DNA of 64,000 bases from assembly GCA_964016885.1 (NCBI GenBank), contig OZ024758.1:35774001-35838000 (forward strand). The letters run 5' to 3'. Source of the DNA: Eledone cirrhosa. Lineage: Eukaryota. A program made the position numbers and the translations under genes. Under the pieces are notes generated by a model. The model saw nothing but the letters and a program-made list of their open reading frames with translations, made no database searches and was not told where the DNA came from. Below, in pieces: positions 25,201-38,400 of this stretch; positions within the stretch are counted from its first letter, which is position 1, and every line of letters begins with the position of its first letter.

Positions 25201-28200
25201 TCATGGTACTAGCTGTCAGAAGTAACTCCACTGTTGGTGAGAATACATTTAAGTTCATGGTATTAGCTGTCAGAAGTAACTCCAATGTTGGTGAGAATTC
25301 ATTTAAGTTCATGGTATTAGCTGTCAGAAGTAACTCCACTGTTGGTGAGAATTCATTTAAGTTCATGGTATTAGCTGTCAGAAGTAACTCCACTGTTGGT
25401 GAGAATTCATTTAAGTTCATGGTATTAGCTGTCAGAAGTAACTCCACTGTTGGTGAGAATTCATTTAAGTTCATGGTACTAGCTGTCAGAAGTAACTCCA
25501 ATGTAGGTGAGAATTCATTTAAGTTCATGGTATTAGCTGTCAGAAGTAACTCCACTGTTGGTGAGAATTCATTTAAGTCATGGTATTAGCTGTCAGAAGT
25601 AACTCCACTGTTGGTGAGAATTCATTTAAGTTCATGGTATTAGCTGTCAGAAGTAACTCCACTGTTGGTGAGAATTCATTTAAGTTCATGGTACTAGCTG
25701 TCAGAAGTAACTCCAATGTTGGTGAGAATTCATTTAAGTTCATGGTATTAGCTGTCAGAAGTAACTCCACTGTTGGTGAGAATTTATTTAAGTTCATGGT
25801 ATTAGTTTGTCAGAAGTAACTCCACTGTTGGTGAGAATTCATTTAAGTCATGGTATTAGTTGTCAGAAGTAACTCCAATGTTGGTGAGAATTCATTTAAG
25901 TTCATGGTACTAGCTGTCAGAAGTAACTCCACTGTTGGTGAGAATTCATTTAAGTTCATGGTAATAGCTGTCAGAAGTAACTCCACTGTTGGTGAGAATT
26001 CATTTAAGTCATGGTATTAGCTGTCAGAAGTAACTCCAATGTTGGTGAGAATTCATTTAAGTCATGGTACTAGCTGTCAGAAGTAACTCCAATGTTGGTG
26101 AGAATTCATTTAAGTTCATGGTATTAGCTGTCAGAAGTAACTCCACTGTTGGTGAGAATTCATTTAAGTTCATGGTATTAGCTGTCAGAAGTAACTCCAC
26201 TGTTGGTGAGCATTCATTTAAGTAATGGTATTAGCTGTCAGAAGTAACTCCAATGTTGGTGAGAATTCATTTAAGTTCATGGTATTAGCTGTCAGAAGTC
26301 ACTCCAATGTTGGTGAGAATTCATTTAAGTTCATGGTACTAGCTGTCAGAAGTAACCCCAATGTTGGTGAGAATTCATTTAAGTTCATGGTATTAGCTGT
26401 CAGAAGTCACTCCAATGTTGGTGAGAATTCATTTAAGTTCATGGTATTAGCTGTCAGAAGTAACTCCACTGTTGGTAAGAATTCATTTAAGTTCATGGTA
26501 TTAGCTGTCAGAAGTAACTCCACTGTTGGTGAGAATTCATTTAAGTTCATGGTATTAGCTGTCAGAAGGAACGCCACTGTTGGTGAGAATTCATTTAAGT
26601 TCATGGTATTAGCTGTCAGAAGTAACTCCACTGTTGGTGAGAATTCATTTAAGTTCATGGTACTAGCTGTCAGAAGTAACTCCAATGTTGGTGAGAATTC
26701 ATTTAAGTTCATGGTATCAGCTGTCAGAAGGAACTCCACTGTTGCTGAGAATTCATTTAAGTTCATGGTATTAGCTGTCAGAAGTAACACCACTGTTGGT
26801 GAGAATTCATTTAAGTTCATGGTACTAGCTGTCAGAAGTAACTCCACTGTTGGTGAGAATTCATTTAAGTTCATGGTATTAGCTGTCAGAAGTAACTCCA
26901 CTGTTGGTGAGAATTCATTTAAGTTCATGGTATTAGCTGACAGAAGTCACTCCACTGTTGGTGAGAATTCATTTAAGTTCATGGTACTAGCTGTCAGAAG
27001 TAACTCCAATGTTGGTGAGAATTCATTTAAGTTCATGGTATTAGCTGTCAGAAGTAACTCCACTGTTGGTGAGAATTCATTTAAGTTCATGGTATTAGCT
27101 GTCAGAAGTAACTCCACTGTTGGTGAGAATTCATTTAAGTTCATGGTATTAGCTGTCAGAAGTAACTCCACTGTTGGTGAGAATTCATTTAAGTTCATGG
27201 TACTAGCTGTCAGAAGTAACTCCAATGTTGGTGAGAATTCATTTAAGTTCATGGTACTAGCTGTCAGAAGTAACTCCACTGTTGGTGAAAATTCATTTAA
27301 GTTCATGGTATTAGTTTGTCAGAAGTAACTCCACTGTTGGTGAGAATTCATTTAAGTTCATGGTACTAGCTGTCAGAAGTAACTCCAATGTTGGTGAGAA
27401 TTCATTTAAGTTCATGGTATTAGCTGTCAGAAGTAACTCCACTGTTGGTGAGAATTTATTTAAGTTCATGGTATTAGCTGTCAGAAGTAACTCCACTGTT
27501 GGTGAGAATTCATTTAAGTTCATGGTATTAGCTGTCAGAAGTAACTCCACTGTTGGTGAGCATTCATTTAAGTCATGGTATTAGCTGTCAGAAGTAACTC
27601 CAATGTTGGTGAGAATTCATTTAAGTTCATGGTATTAGCTGTCAGAAGTCACTCCACTGTTGGTGAGAATTCATTTAAGTTCATGGTACTAGCTGTCAGA
27701 AGTAACCCCAATGTTGGTGAGAATTCATTTAAGTTCATGGTATTAGCTGTCAGAAGTCACTCCAATGTTGGTGAGAATTCATTTAAGTTCATGGTATTAG
27801 CTGTCAGAAGTAACTCCACTGTTGGTGAGAATTTATTTAAGTTCATGGTATTAGTTTGTCAGAAGTAACTCCACTGTTGGTGAGAATTCATTTAAGTCAT
27901 GGTATTAGTTGTCAGAAGTAACTCCAATGTTGGTGAGAATTCATTTAAGTTCATGGTACTAGCTGTCAGAAGTAACTCCACTGTTGGTGAGAATTCATTT
28001 AAGTTCATGGTAATAGCTGTCAGAAGTAACTCCACTGTTGGTGAGAATTCATTTAAGTCATGGTATTAGCTGTCAGAAGTAACTCCAATGTTGGTGAGAA
28101 TTCATTTAAGTCATGGTACTAGCTGTCAGAAGTAACTCCAATGTTGGTGAGAATTCATTTAAGTTCATGGTATTAGCTGTCAGAAGTAACTCCACTGTTG

Positions 28201-30800
28201 GTGAGAATTCATTTAAGTTCATGGTATTAGCTGTCAGAAGTAACTCCACTGTTGGTGAGCATTCATTTAAGTCATGGTATTAGCTGTCAGAAGTAACTCC
28301 AATGTTGGTGAGAATTCATTTAAGTTCATGGTATTAGCTGTCAGAAGTCACTCCACTGTTGGTGAGAATTCATTTAAGTTCATGGTACTAGCTGTCAGAA
28401 GTAACCCCAATGTTGGTGAGAATTCATTTAAGTTCATGGTATTAGCTGTCAGAAGTCACTCCAATGTTGGTGAGAATTCATTTAAGTTCATGGTATTAGC
28501 TGTCAGAAGTAACTCCACTGTTGGTAAGAATTCATTTAAGTTCATGGTATTAGCTGTCAGAAGTAACTCCACTGTTGGTGAGAATTCATTTAAGTTCATG
28601 GTATTAGCTGTCAGAAGGAACGCCACTGTTGGTGAGAATTCATTTAAGTTCATGGTATTAGCTGTCAGAAGTAACTCCACTGTTGGTGAGAATTCATTTA
28701 AGTTCATGGTACTAGCTGTCAGAAGTAACTCCAATGTTGGTGAGAATTCATTTAAGTTCATGGTATTAGCTGTCAGAAGGAACTCCACTGTTGCTGAGAA
28801 TTCATTTAAGTTCATGGTATTAGCTGTCAGAAGTAACACCACTGTTGGTGAGAATTCATTTAAGTTCATGGTACTAGCTGTCAGAAGTAACTCCACTGTT
28901 GGTGAGAATTCATTTAAGTCATGGTATTAGCTGTCAGAAGTAACTCCATTGTTGGTGAGAATTCATTTAAGTCATAGTACTAGCTGTCAGAAGTAACTCC
29001 AATGTTGGTGAGAATTCATTTAAGTTCATGTTATTAGCTGTCAGAAGGAACTCCACTGTTGGTGAGAATTCATTTAAGTTCATGGTATTAGCTGTCAGAA
29101 GTAACTCCTCTGTTGGTGAGAATTCATTTAAGTTCATGGTATTAGCTGTCAGAAGTAACTCCACCGTTGGTGAGAATTCATTTAAGTTCATGGTACTAGC
29201 TGTCAGAAGTAACTCCAATGTTGGTGAGAATTCATTTAAGTTCATGGTATTAGCTGTCAGAAGTAACTCCACTGTTGGTGAGAATTCATTTAAGTTCATG
29301 GTATTAGCTGTCAGAAGTAACTCAACTGTTGGTGAGAATTCATTTAAGTTCATGGTATTAGCTGTCAGAAGTAACTCCACTGTTGGTGAGAATTCATTTA
29401 AGTTCATGGTACTAGCTGTCAGAAGTAACTCCAATGTAGGTGAGAATTCATTTAAGTTCATGGTATTAGCTGTCAGAAGTAACTCCACTGTTGGTGAGAA
29501 TTCATTTAAGTCATGGTATTAGCTGTCAGAAGTAACTCCACTGTTGGTGAGAATTCATTTAAGTTCAAGGTATTAGCTGTCAGAAGTAACTCCACTGTTG
29601 GTGAGAATTCATTTAAGTTCATGGTACTAGCTGTCAGAAGTAACTCCAATGTTGGTGAGAATTCATTTAAGTTCATGGTATTAGCTGTCAGAAGTAACTC
29701 CACTGTTGGTGAGAATTTATTTAAGTTCATGGTATTAGTTTGTCAGAAGTAACTCCACTGTTGGTGAGAATTCATTTAAGTCATGGTATTAGTTGTCAGA
29801 AGTAACTCCAATGTTGGTGAGAATTCATTTAAGTTCATGGTACTAGCTGTCAGAAGTAACTCCACTGTTGGTGAGAATTCATTTAAGTTCATGGTAATAG
29901 CTGTCAGAAGTAACTCCACTGTTGGTGAGAATTCATTTAAGTCATGGTATTAGCTGTCAGAAGTAACTCCAATGTTGGTGAGAATTCATTTAAGTCATGG
30001 TACTAGCTGTCAGAAGTAACTCCAATGTTGGTGAGAATTCATTTAAGTTCATGGTATTAGCTGTCAGAAGTAACTCCACTGTTGGTGAGAATTCATTTAA
30101 GTTCATGGTATTAGCTGTCAGAAGTAACTCCACTGTTGGTGAGCATTCATTTAAGTCATGGTATTAGCTGTCAGAAGTAACTCCAATGTTGGTGAGAATT
30201 CATTTAAGTTCATGGTATTAGCTGTCAGAAGTCACTCCACTGTTGGTGAGAATTCATTTAAGTTCATGGTACTAGCTGTCAGAAGTAACCCCAATGTTGG
30301 TGAGAATTCATTTAAGTTCATGGTATTAGCTGTCAGAAGTCACTCCAATGTTGGTGAGAATTCATTTAAGTTCATTGTATTAGCTGTCAGAAGTAACTCC
30401 ACTGTTGGTAAGAATTCATTTAAGTTCATGGTATTAGCTGTCAGAAGTAACTCCACTGTTGGTGAGAATTCATTTAAGTTCATGGTATTAGCTGTCAGAA
30501 GGAACGCCACTGTTGGTGAGAATTCATTTAAGTTCATGGTATTAGCTGTCAGAAGTAACTCCACTGTTGGTGAGAATTCATTTAAGTTCATGGTACTAGC
30601 TGTCAGAAGTAACTCCAATGTTGGTGAGAATTCATTTAAGTTCATGGTATCAGCTGTCAGAAGGAACTCCACTGTTGCTGAGAATTCATTTAAGTTCATG
30701 GTATTAGCTGTCAGAAGTAACACCACTGTTGGTGAGAATTCATTTAAGTTCATGGTACTAGCTGTCAGAAGTAACTCCACTGTTGGTGAGAATTCATTTA
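22296..30800. repeat. Non-adjacent duplicated block of about 3 kb at offset 5549 bp (~22296-25250 vs ~27845-30800)
   Basis: Matching ORFs at +5549: 22725/28274, 23479/29028, 23964/29513, 24609/30158. Shared variants include AGTCATAGTAC, CTCCTCTG, AATGTAGG and GAGCATTC. End points are approximate. Confidence 0.85.
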
Positions 30801-33800
30801 AGTTCATGGTATTAGCTGTCAGAAGTAACTCCACTGTTGGTGAGAATTCATTTAAGTTCATGGTATTAGCTGACAGAAGTCACTCCACTGTTGGTGAGAA
30901 TTCATTTAAGTTCATGGTACTAGCTGTCAGAAGTAACTCCAATGTTGGTGAGAATTCATTTAAGTTCATGGTATTAGCTGTCAGAAGTAACTCCACTGTT
31001 GGTGAGAATTCATTTAAGTTCATGGTATTAGCTGTCAGAAGTAACTCCACTGTTGGTGAGAATTCATTTAAGTTCATGGTATTAGCTGTCAGAAGTAACT
31101 CCACTGTTGGTGAGAATTCATTTAAGTTCATGGTACTAGCTGTCAGAAGTAACTCCAATGTTGGTGAGAATTCATTTAAGTCATGGTACTAGCTGTCAGA
31201 AGTAACTCCAATGTTGGTGAGAATTCATTTAAGTTCATGGTATTAGCTGTCAGAAGTAACTCCACTGTTGGTGAGAATTCATTTAAGTTCATGGTATTAG
31301 CTGTCAGAAGTAACTCCACTGTTGGTGAGCATTCATTTAAGTCATGGTATTAGCTGTCAGAAGTAACTCCAATGTTGGTGAGAATTCATTTAAGTTCATG
31401 GTATTAGCTGTCAGAAGTCACTCCACTGTTGGTGAGAATTCATTTAAGTTCATGGTACTAGCTGTCAGAAGTAACCCCAATGTTGGTGAGAATTCATTTA
31501 AGTTCATGGTATTAGCTGTCAGAAGTCACTCCAATGTTGGTGAGAATTCATTTAAGTTCATGGTATTAGCTGTCAGAAGTAACTCCACTGTTGGTAAGAG
31601 TTCATTTAAGTTCATGGTATTAGCTGTCAGAAGTAACTCCACTGTTGGTGAGAATTCATTTAAGTTCATGGTATTAGCTGTCAGAAGGAACGCCACTGTT
31701 GGTGAGAATTCATTTAAGTTCATGGTATTAGCTGTCAGAAGTAACTCCACTGTTGGTGAGAATTCATTTAAGTTCATGGTACTAGCTGTCAGAAGTAACT
31801 CCAATGTTGGTGAGAATTCATTTAAGTTCATGGTATTAGCTGTCAGAAGGAACTCCACTGTTGCTGAGAATTCATTTAAGTTCATGGTATTAGCTGTCAG
31901 AAGTAACACCACTGTTGGTGAGAATTCATTTAAGTTCATGGTACTAGCTGTCAGAAGTAACTCCACTGTTGGTGAGAATTCATTTAAGTCATGGTATTAG
32001 CTGTCAGAAGTAACTCCATTGTTGGTGAGAATTCATTTAAGTCATAGTACTAGCTGTCAGAAGTAACTCCAATGTTGGTGAGAATTCATTTAAGTTCATG
32101 TTATTAGCTGTCAGAAGGAACTCCACTGTTGGTGAGAATTCATTTAAGTTCATGGTATTAGCTGTCAGAAGTAACTCCTCTGTTGGTGAGAATTCATTTA
32201 AGTTCATGGTATTAGCTGTCAGAAGTAACTCCACCGTTGGTGAGAATTCATTTAAGTTCATGGTACTAGCTGTCAGAAGTAACTCCAATGTTGGTGAGAA
32301 TTCATTTAAGTTCATGGTATTAGCTGTCAGAAGTAACTCCACTGTTGGTGAGAATTCATTTAAGTTCATGGTATTAGCTGTCAGAAGTAACTCCACTGTT
32401 GGTGAGAATTCATTTAAGTTCATGGTATTAGCTGTCAGAAGTAACTCCACTGTTGGTGAGAATTCATTTAAGTTCATGGTACTAGCTGTCAGAAGTAACT
32501 CCAATGTAGGTGAGAATTCATTTAAGTTCATGGTATTAGCTGTCAGAAGTAACTCCACTGTTGGTGGGAATTCATTTAAGTCATGGTATTAGCTGTCAGA
32601 AGTAACTCCACTGTTGGTGAGAATTCATTTAAGTTCATGGTATTAGCTGTCAGAAGTAACTCCACTGTTGGTGAGAATTCATTTAAGTTCATGGTACTAG
32701 CTGTCAGAAGTAACTCCAATGTTGGTGAGAATTCATTTAAGTTCATGGTATTAGCTGTCAGAAGTAACTCCACTGTTGGTGAGAATTTATTTAAGTTCAT
32801 GGTATTAGTTTGTCAGAAGTAACTCCACTGTTGGTGAGAATTCATTTAAGTCATGGTATTAGTTGTCAGAAGTAACTCCAATGTTGGTGAGAATTCATTT
32901 AAGTTCATGGTACTAGCTGTCAGAAGTAACTCCACTGTTGGTGAGAATTCATTTAAGTTCATGGTAATAGCTGTCAGAAGTAACTCCACTGTTGGTGAGA
33001 ATTCATTTAAGTCATGGTATTAGCTGTCAGAAGTAACTCCAATGTTGGTGAGAATTCATTTAAGTCATGGTACTAGCTGTCAGAAGTAACTCCAATGTTG
33101 GTGAGAATTCATTTAAGTTCATGGTATTAGCTGTCAGAAGTAACTCCACTGTTGGTGAGAATTCATTTAAGTTCATGGTATTAGCTGTCAGAAGTAACTC
33201 CACTGTTGGTGAGCATTCATTTAAGTCATGGTATTAGCTGTCAGAAGTAACTCCAATGTTGGTGAGAATTCATTTAAGTTCATGGTATTAGCTGTCAGAA
33301 GTCACTCCACTGTTGGTGAGAATTCATTTAAGTTCATGGTACTAGCTGTCAGAAGTAACCCCAATGTTGGTGAGAATTCATTTAAGTTCATGGTATTAGC
33401 TGTCAGAAGTCACTCCAATGTTGGTGAGAATTCATTTAAGTTCATGGTATTAGCTGTCAGAAGTAACTCCACTGTTGGTAAGAATTCATTTAAGTTCATG
33501 GTATTAGCTGTCAGAAGTAACTCCACTGTTGGTGAGAATTCATTTAAGTTCATGGTATTAGCTGTCAGAAGGAACGCCACTGTTGGTGAGAATTCATTTA
33601 AGTTCATGGTATTAGCTGTCAGAAGTAACTCCACTGTTGGTGAGAATTCATTTAAGTTCATGGTACTAGCTGTCAGAAGTAACTCCAATGTTGGTGAGAA
33701 TTCATTTAAGTTCATGGTATCAGCTGTCAGAAGGAACTCCACTGTTGCTGAGAATTCATTTAAGTTCATGGTATTAGCTGTCAGAAGTAACACCACTGTT

Positions 33801-34252
33801 GGTGAGAATTCATTTAAGTTCATGGTACTAGCTGTCAGAAGTAACTCCACTGTTGGTGAGAATTCATTTAAGTTCATGGTATTAGCTGTCAGAAGTAACT
33901 CCACTGTTGGTGAGAATTCATTTAAGTTCATGGTATTAGCTGACAGAAGTCACTCCACTGTTGGTGAGAATTCATTTAAGTTCATGGTACTAGCTGTCAG
34001 AAGTAACTCCAATGTTGGTGAGAATTCATTTAAGTTCATGGTATTAGCTGTCAGAAGTAACTCCACTGTTGGTGAGAATTCATTTAAGTTCATGGTATTA
34101 GCTGTCAGAAGTAACTCCACTGTTGGTGAGAATTCATTTAAGTTCATGGTATTAGCTGTCAGAAGTAACTCCACTGTTGGTGAGAATTCATTTAAGTTCA
34201 TGGTACTAGCTGTCAGAAGTAACTCCAATGTTGGTGAGAATTCATTTAAGTT
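28113..34252. repeat. Tandem higher-order duplication, period 3070 bp (about 57 monomers)
   Basis: Matching ORFs at +3070: 28274/31344, 29028/32098, 29513/32583, 30158/33228. The junction is at about 31183. Confidence 0.92.
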
Positions 34253-35437
34253 CATGGTACTAGCTGTCAGAAGTAACTCCACTGTTGGTGAAAATTCATT
34301 TAAGTTCATGGTATTAGTTTGTCAGAAGTAACTCCACTGTTGGTGAGAATTCATTTAAGTCATGGTATTAGTTGTCAGAAGTAACTCCAATGTTGGTGAG
34401 AATTCATTTAAATTCATGGTATTAGCTGTCAGAAGGAACTCCACTGTTGGTGAGAATTCATTTAAGTTCATGGTATTAGCTGTCAGAAGGAACTCCAATG
34501 TTGGTGAGAATTCATTTAAGTCATGGTACTAGCTGTCAGAAGTAACTCCACTGTTGGTGAGAATTCATTTAAGTTCATGGTATTAGCTGTCAGAAGGAAC
34601 GCCACTGTTGGTGAGAATTCATTTAAGTTCATGGTATTAGCTGTCAGAATTAACTCCACTGTTGGTGAGAATTCATTTAAGTTCATGGTACTAGCTGTCA
34701 GAAGTAACTCCAGTGTGGGTGAGAATTCATTTAAGTTCATGGTATTAGCTGTCAGAAGGAACTCCACTGTTGGTGAGAATTCATTTAAGTTCATGGTATT
34801 AGCTGTCAGAAGTAACTCCACTGTTGGTGAGAATTCATTTAAGTTCATGGTATTAGCTGTCAGAAGTAACTCCACTGTTGGTGAGAATTCATTTAAGTTC
34901 ATGGTACTAGCTGTCAGAAGTAACTCCAATGTAGGTGAGAATTCATTTAAGTTCATGGTATTAGCTGTCAGAAGTAACTCCACTGTTGGTGAGAATTCAT
35001 TTAAGTCATGGTATTAGCTGTCAGAAGTAACTCCACTGTTGGTGAGAATTCATTTAAGTTCATGGTATTAGCTGTCAGAAGTAACTCCACTGTTGGTGAG
35101 AATTCATTTAAGTTCATGGTACTAGCTGTCAGAAGTAACTCCAATGTTGGTGAGAATTCATTTAAGTTCATGGTATTAGCTGTCAGAAGTAACTCCACTG
35201 TTGGTGAGAATTTATTTAAGTTCATGGTATTAGTTTGTCAGAAGTAACTCCACTGTTGGTGAGAATTCATTTAAGTCATGGTATTAGTTGTCAGAAGTAA
35301 CTCCACTGTTGGTGAGAATTCATTTAAGTTCATGGTAATAGCTGTCAGAAGTAACTCCACTGTTGGTGAGAATTCATTTAAGTCATGGTATTAGCTGTCA
35401 GAAGTAACTCCAATGTTGGTGAGAATTCATTTAAGTC

Positions 35438-38400
35438 ATGGTACTAGCTGTCAGAAGTAACTCCAATGTTGGTGAGAATTCATTTAAGTTCATGGTATTA
35501 GCTGTCAGAAGTAACTCCACTGTTGGTGAAAATTCATTTAAGTTCATGGTATTAGCTGTCAGAAGTAACTCCACTGTTGGTGAGCATTCATTTAAGTCAT
35601 GGTATTAGCTGTCAGAAGTAACTCCAATGTTGGTGGGAATTCATTTAAGTTCATGGTATTAGCTGTCAGAAGTCACTCCACTGTTGGTGAGAATTCATTT
35701 AAGTTCATGGTACTAGCTGTCAGAAGTAACCCCAATGTTGGTGAGAATTCATTTAAGTTCATGGTATTAGCTGTCAGAAGTCACTCCAATGTTGGTGAGA
35801 ATTCATTTAAGTTCATGGTATTAGCTGTCAGAAGTAACTCCACTGTTGGTAAGAATTCATTTAAGTTCATGGTATTAGCTGTCAGAAGTAACTCCACTGT
35901 TGGTGAGAATTCATTTAAGTTCATGGTATTAGCTGTCAGAAGGAACGCCACTGTTGGTGAGAATTCATTTAAGTTCATGGTATTAGCTGTCAGAAGTAAC
36001 TCCACTGTTGGTGAGAATTCATTTAAGTTCATGGTACTAGCTGTCAGAAGTAACTCCAATGTTGGTGAGAATTCATTTAAGTTCATGGTATCAGCTGTCA
36101 GAAGGAACTCCACTGTTGCTGAGAATTCATTTAAGTTCATGGTATTAGCTGTCAGAAGTAACACCACTGTTGGTGAGAATTCATTTAAGTTCATGGTACT
36201 AGCTGTCAGAAGTAACTCCACTGTTGGTGAGAATTCATTTAAGTTCATGGTATTAGCTGTCAGAAGTAACTCCACTGTTGGTGAGAATTCATTTAAGTTC
36301 ATGGTATTAGCTGACAGAAGTCACTCCACTGTTGGTGAGAATTCATTTAAGTTCATGGTACTAGCTGTCAGAAGTAACTCCAATGTTGGTGAGAATTCAT
36401 TTAAGTTCATGGTATTAGCTGTCAGAAGTAACTCCACTGTTGGTGAGAATTCATTTAAGTTCATGGTATTAGCTGTCAGAAGTAACTCCACTGTTGGTGA
36501 GAATTCATTTAAGTTCATGGTATTAGCTGTCAGAAGTAACTCCACTGTTGGTGAGAATTCATTTAAGTTCATGGTACTAGCTGTCAGAAGTAACTCCAAT
36601 GTTGGTGAGAATTCATTTAAGTTCATGGTACTAGCTGTCAGAAGTAACTCCACTGTTGGTGAAAATTCATTTAAGTTCATGGTATTAGTTTGTCAGAAGT
36701 AACTCCACTGTTGGTGAGAATTCATTTAAGTCATGGTATTAGTTGTCAGAAGTAACTCCAATGTTGGTGAGAATTCATTTAAATTCATGGTATTAGCTGT
36801 CAGAAGGAACTCCACTTTTGGTGAGAATTCATTTAAGTTCATGGTATTAGCTGTCAGAAGGAACTCCAATGTTGGTGAGAATTCATTTAAGTCATGGTAC
36901 TAGCTGTCAGAAGTAACTCCACTGTTGGTGAGAATTCATTTAAGTTCATGGTATTAGCTGTCAGAAGGAACGCCACTGTTGGTGAGAATTCATTTAAGTT
37001 CATGGTATTAGCTGTCAGAATTAACTCCACTGTTGGTGAGAATTCATTTAAGTTCATGGTACTAGCTGTCAGAAGTAACTCCAATGTTGGTGAGAATTCA
37101 TTTAAGTTCATGGTATTAGCTGTCAGAAGGAACTCCACTGTTGGTGAGAATTCATTTAAGTTCATGGTATTAGCTGTCAGAAGTAACTCCACTGTTGGTG
37201 AGAATTCATTTAAGTCATGGTATTAGCTGTCAGAAGTAACTCCATTGTTGGTGAGAATTCATTTAAGTCATGGTACTAGCTGTCAGAACTAACTCCAATG
37301 TTGGTGAGAATTCATTTAAGTCATGGTACTAGCTGTCAGAAGTAACTCCAATGTTGGTGAGAATTCATTTAAGTTCATGGTACTAGCTGTCAGAAGTAAA
37401 TCCACTGTTGGTGAGAATTCATTTAAGTTCATGGTATTAGCTGTCAGAAGTAACTCCACTGTTGGTGAGAAATCATTTAAGTTCATGGTATTAGCTGTCA
37501 GAAGTAACTCCACTGTTGGTAAGAATTCATTTAAGTTCATGGTATTAGCTGTCAGAAGTAACTCCACTGTTGGTGAGAATTCATTTAAGTTCATGGTATT
37601 AGCTGTCAGAAGGAACGCCACTGTTGGTGAGAATTCATTTAAGTTCATGGTATTAGCTGTCAGAAGTAACTCCACTGTTGGTGAGAATTCATTTAAGTTC
37701 ATGGTACTAGCTGTCAGAAGTATCTCCAATGTTGGTGAGAATTCATTTAAGTTCATGGTATTAGCTGTCAGAAGGAACTCCACTGTTGCTGAGAATTCAT
37801 TTAAGTTCATGGTATTAGCTGTCAGAAGTAACACCACTGTTGGTGAGAATTCATTTAAGTTCATGGTACTAGCTGTCAGAAGTAACTCCACTGTTGGTGA
37901 GAATTCATTTAAGTTCATGGTATTAGCTGTCAGAAGTAACTCCACTGTTGGTAAGAATTCATTTAAGTTCATGGTATTAGCTGTCAGAAGTAACTCCACT
38001 GTTGGTGAGAATTCATTTAAGTTCATGGTATTAGCTGTCAGAAGGAACGCCACTGTTGGTGAGAATTCATTTAAGTTCATGGTATTAGCTGTCAGAAGTA
38101 ACTCCACTGTTGGTGAGAATTCATTTAAGTTCATGGTACTAGCTGTCAGAAGTAACTCCAATGTTGGTGAGAATTCATTTAAGTTCATGGTATCAGCTGT
38201 CAGAAGGAACTCCACTGTTGCTGAGAATTCATTTAAGTTCATGGTATTAGCTGTCAGAAGTAACACCACTGTTGGTGAGAATTCATTTAAGTTCATGGTA
38301 CTAGCTGTCAGAAGTAACTCCACTGTTGGTGAGAATTCATTTAAGTTCATGGTATTAGCTGTCAGAAGTAACTCCACTGTTGGTGAGAATTCATTTAAGT

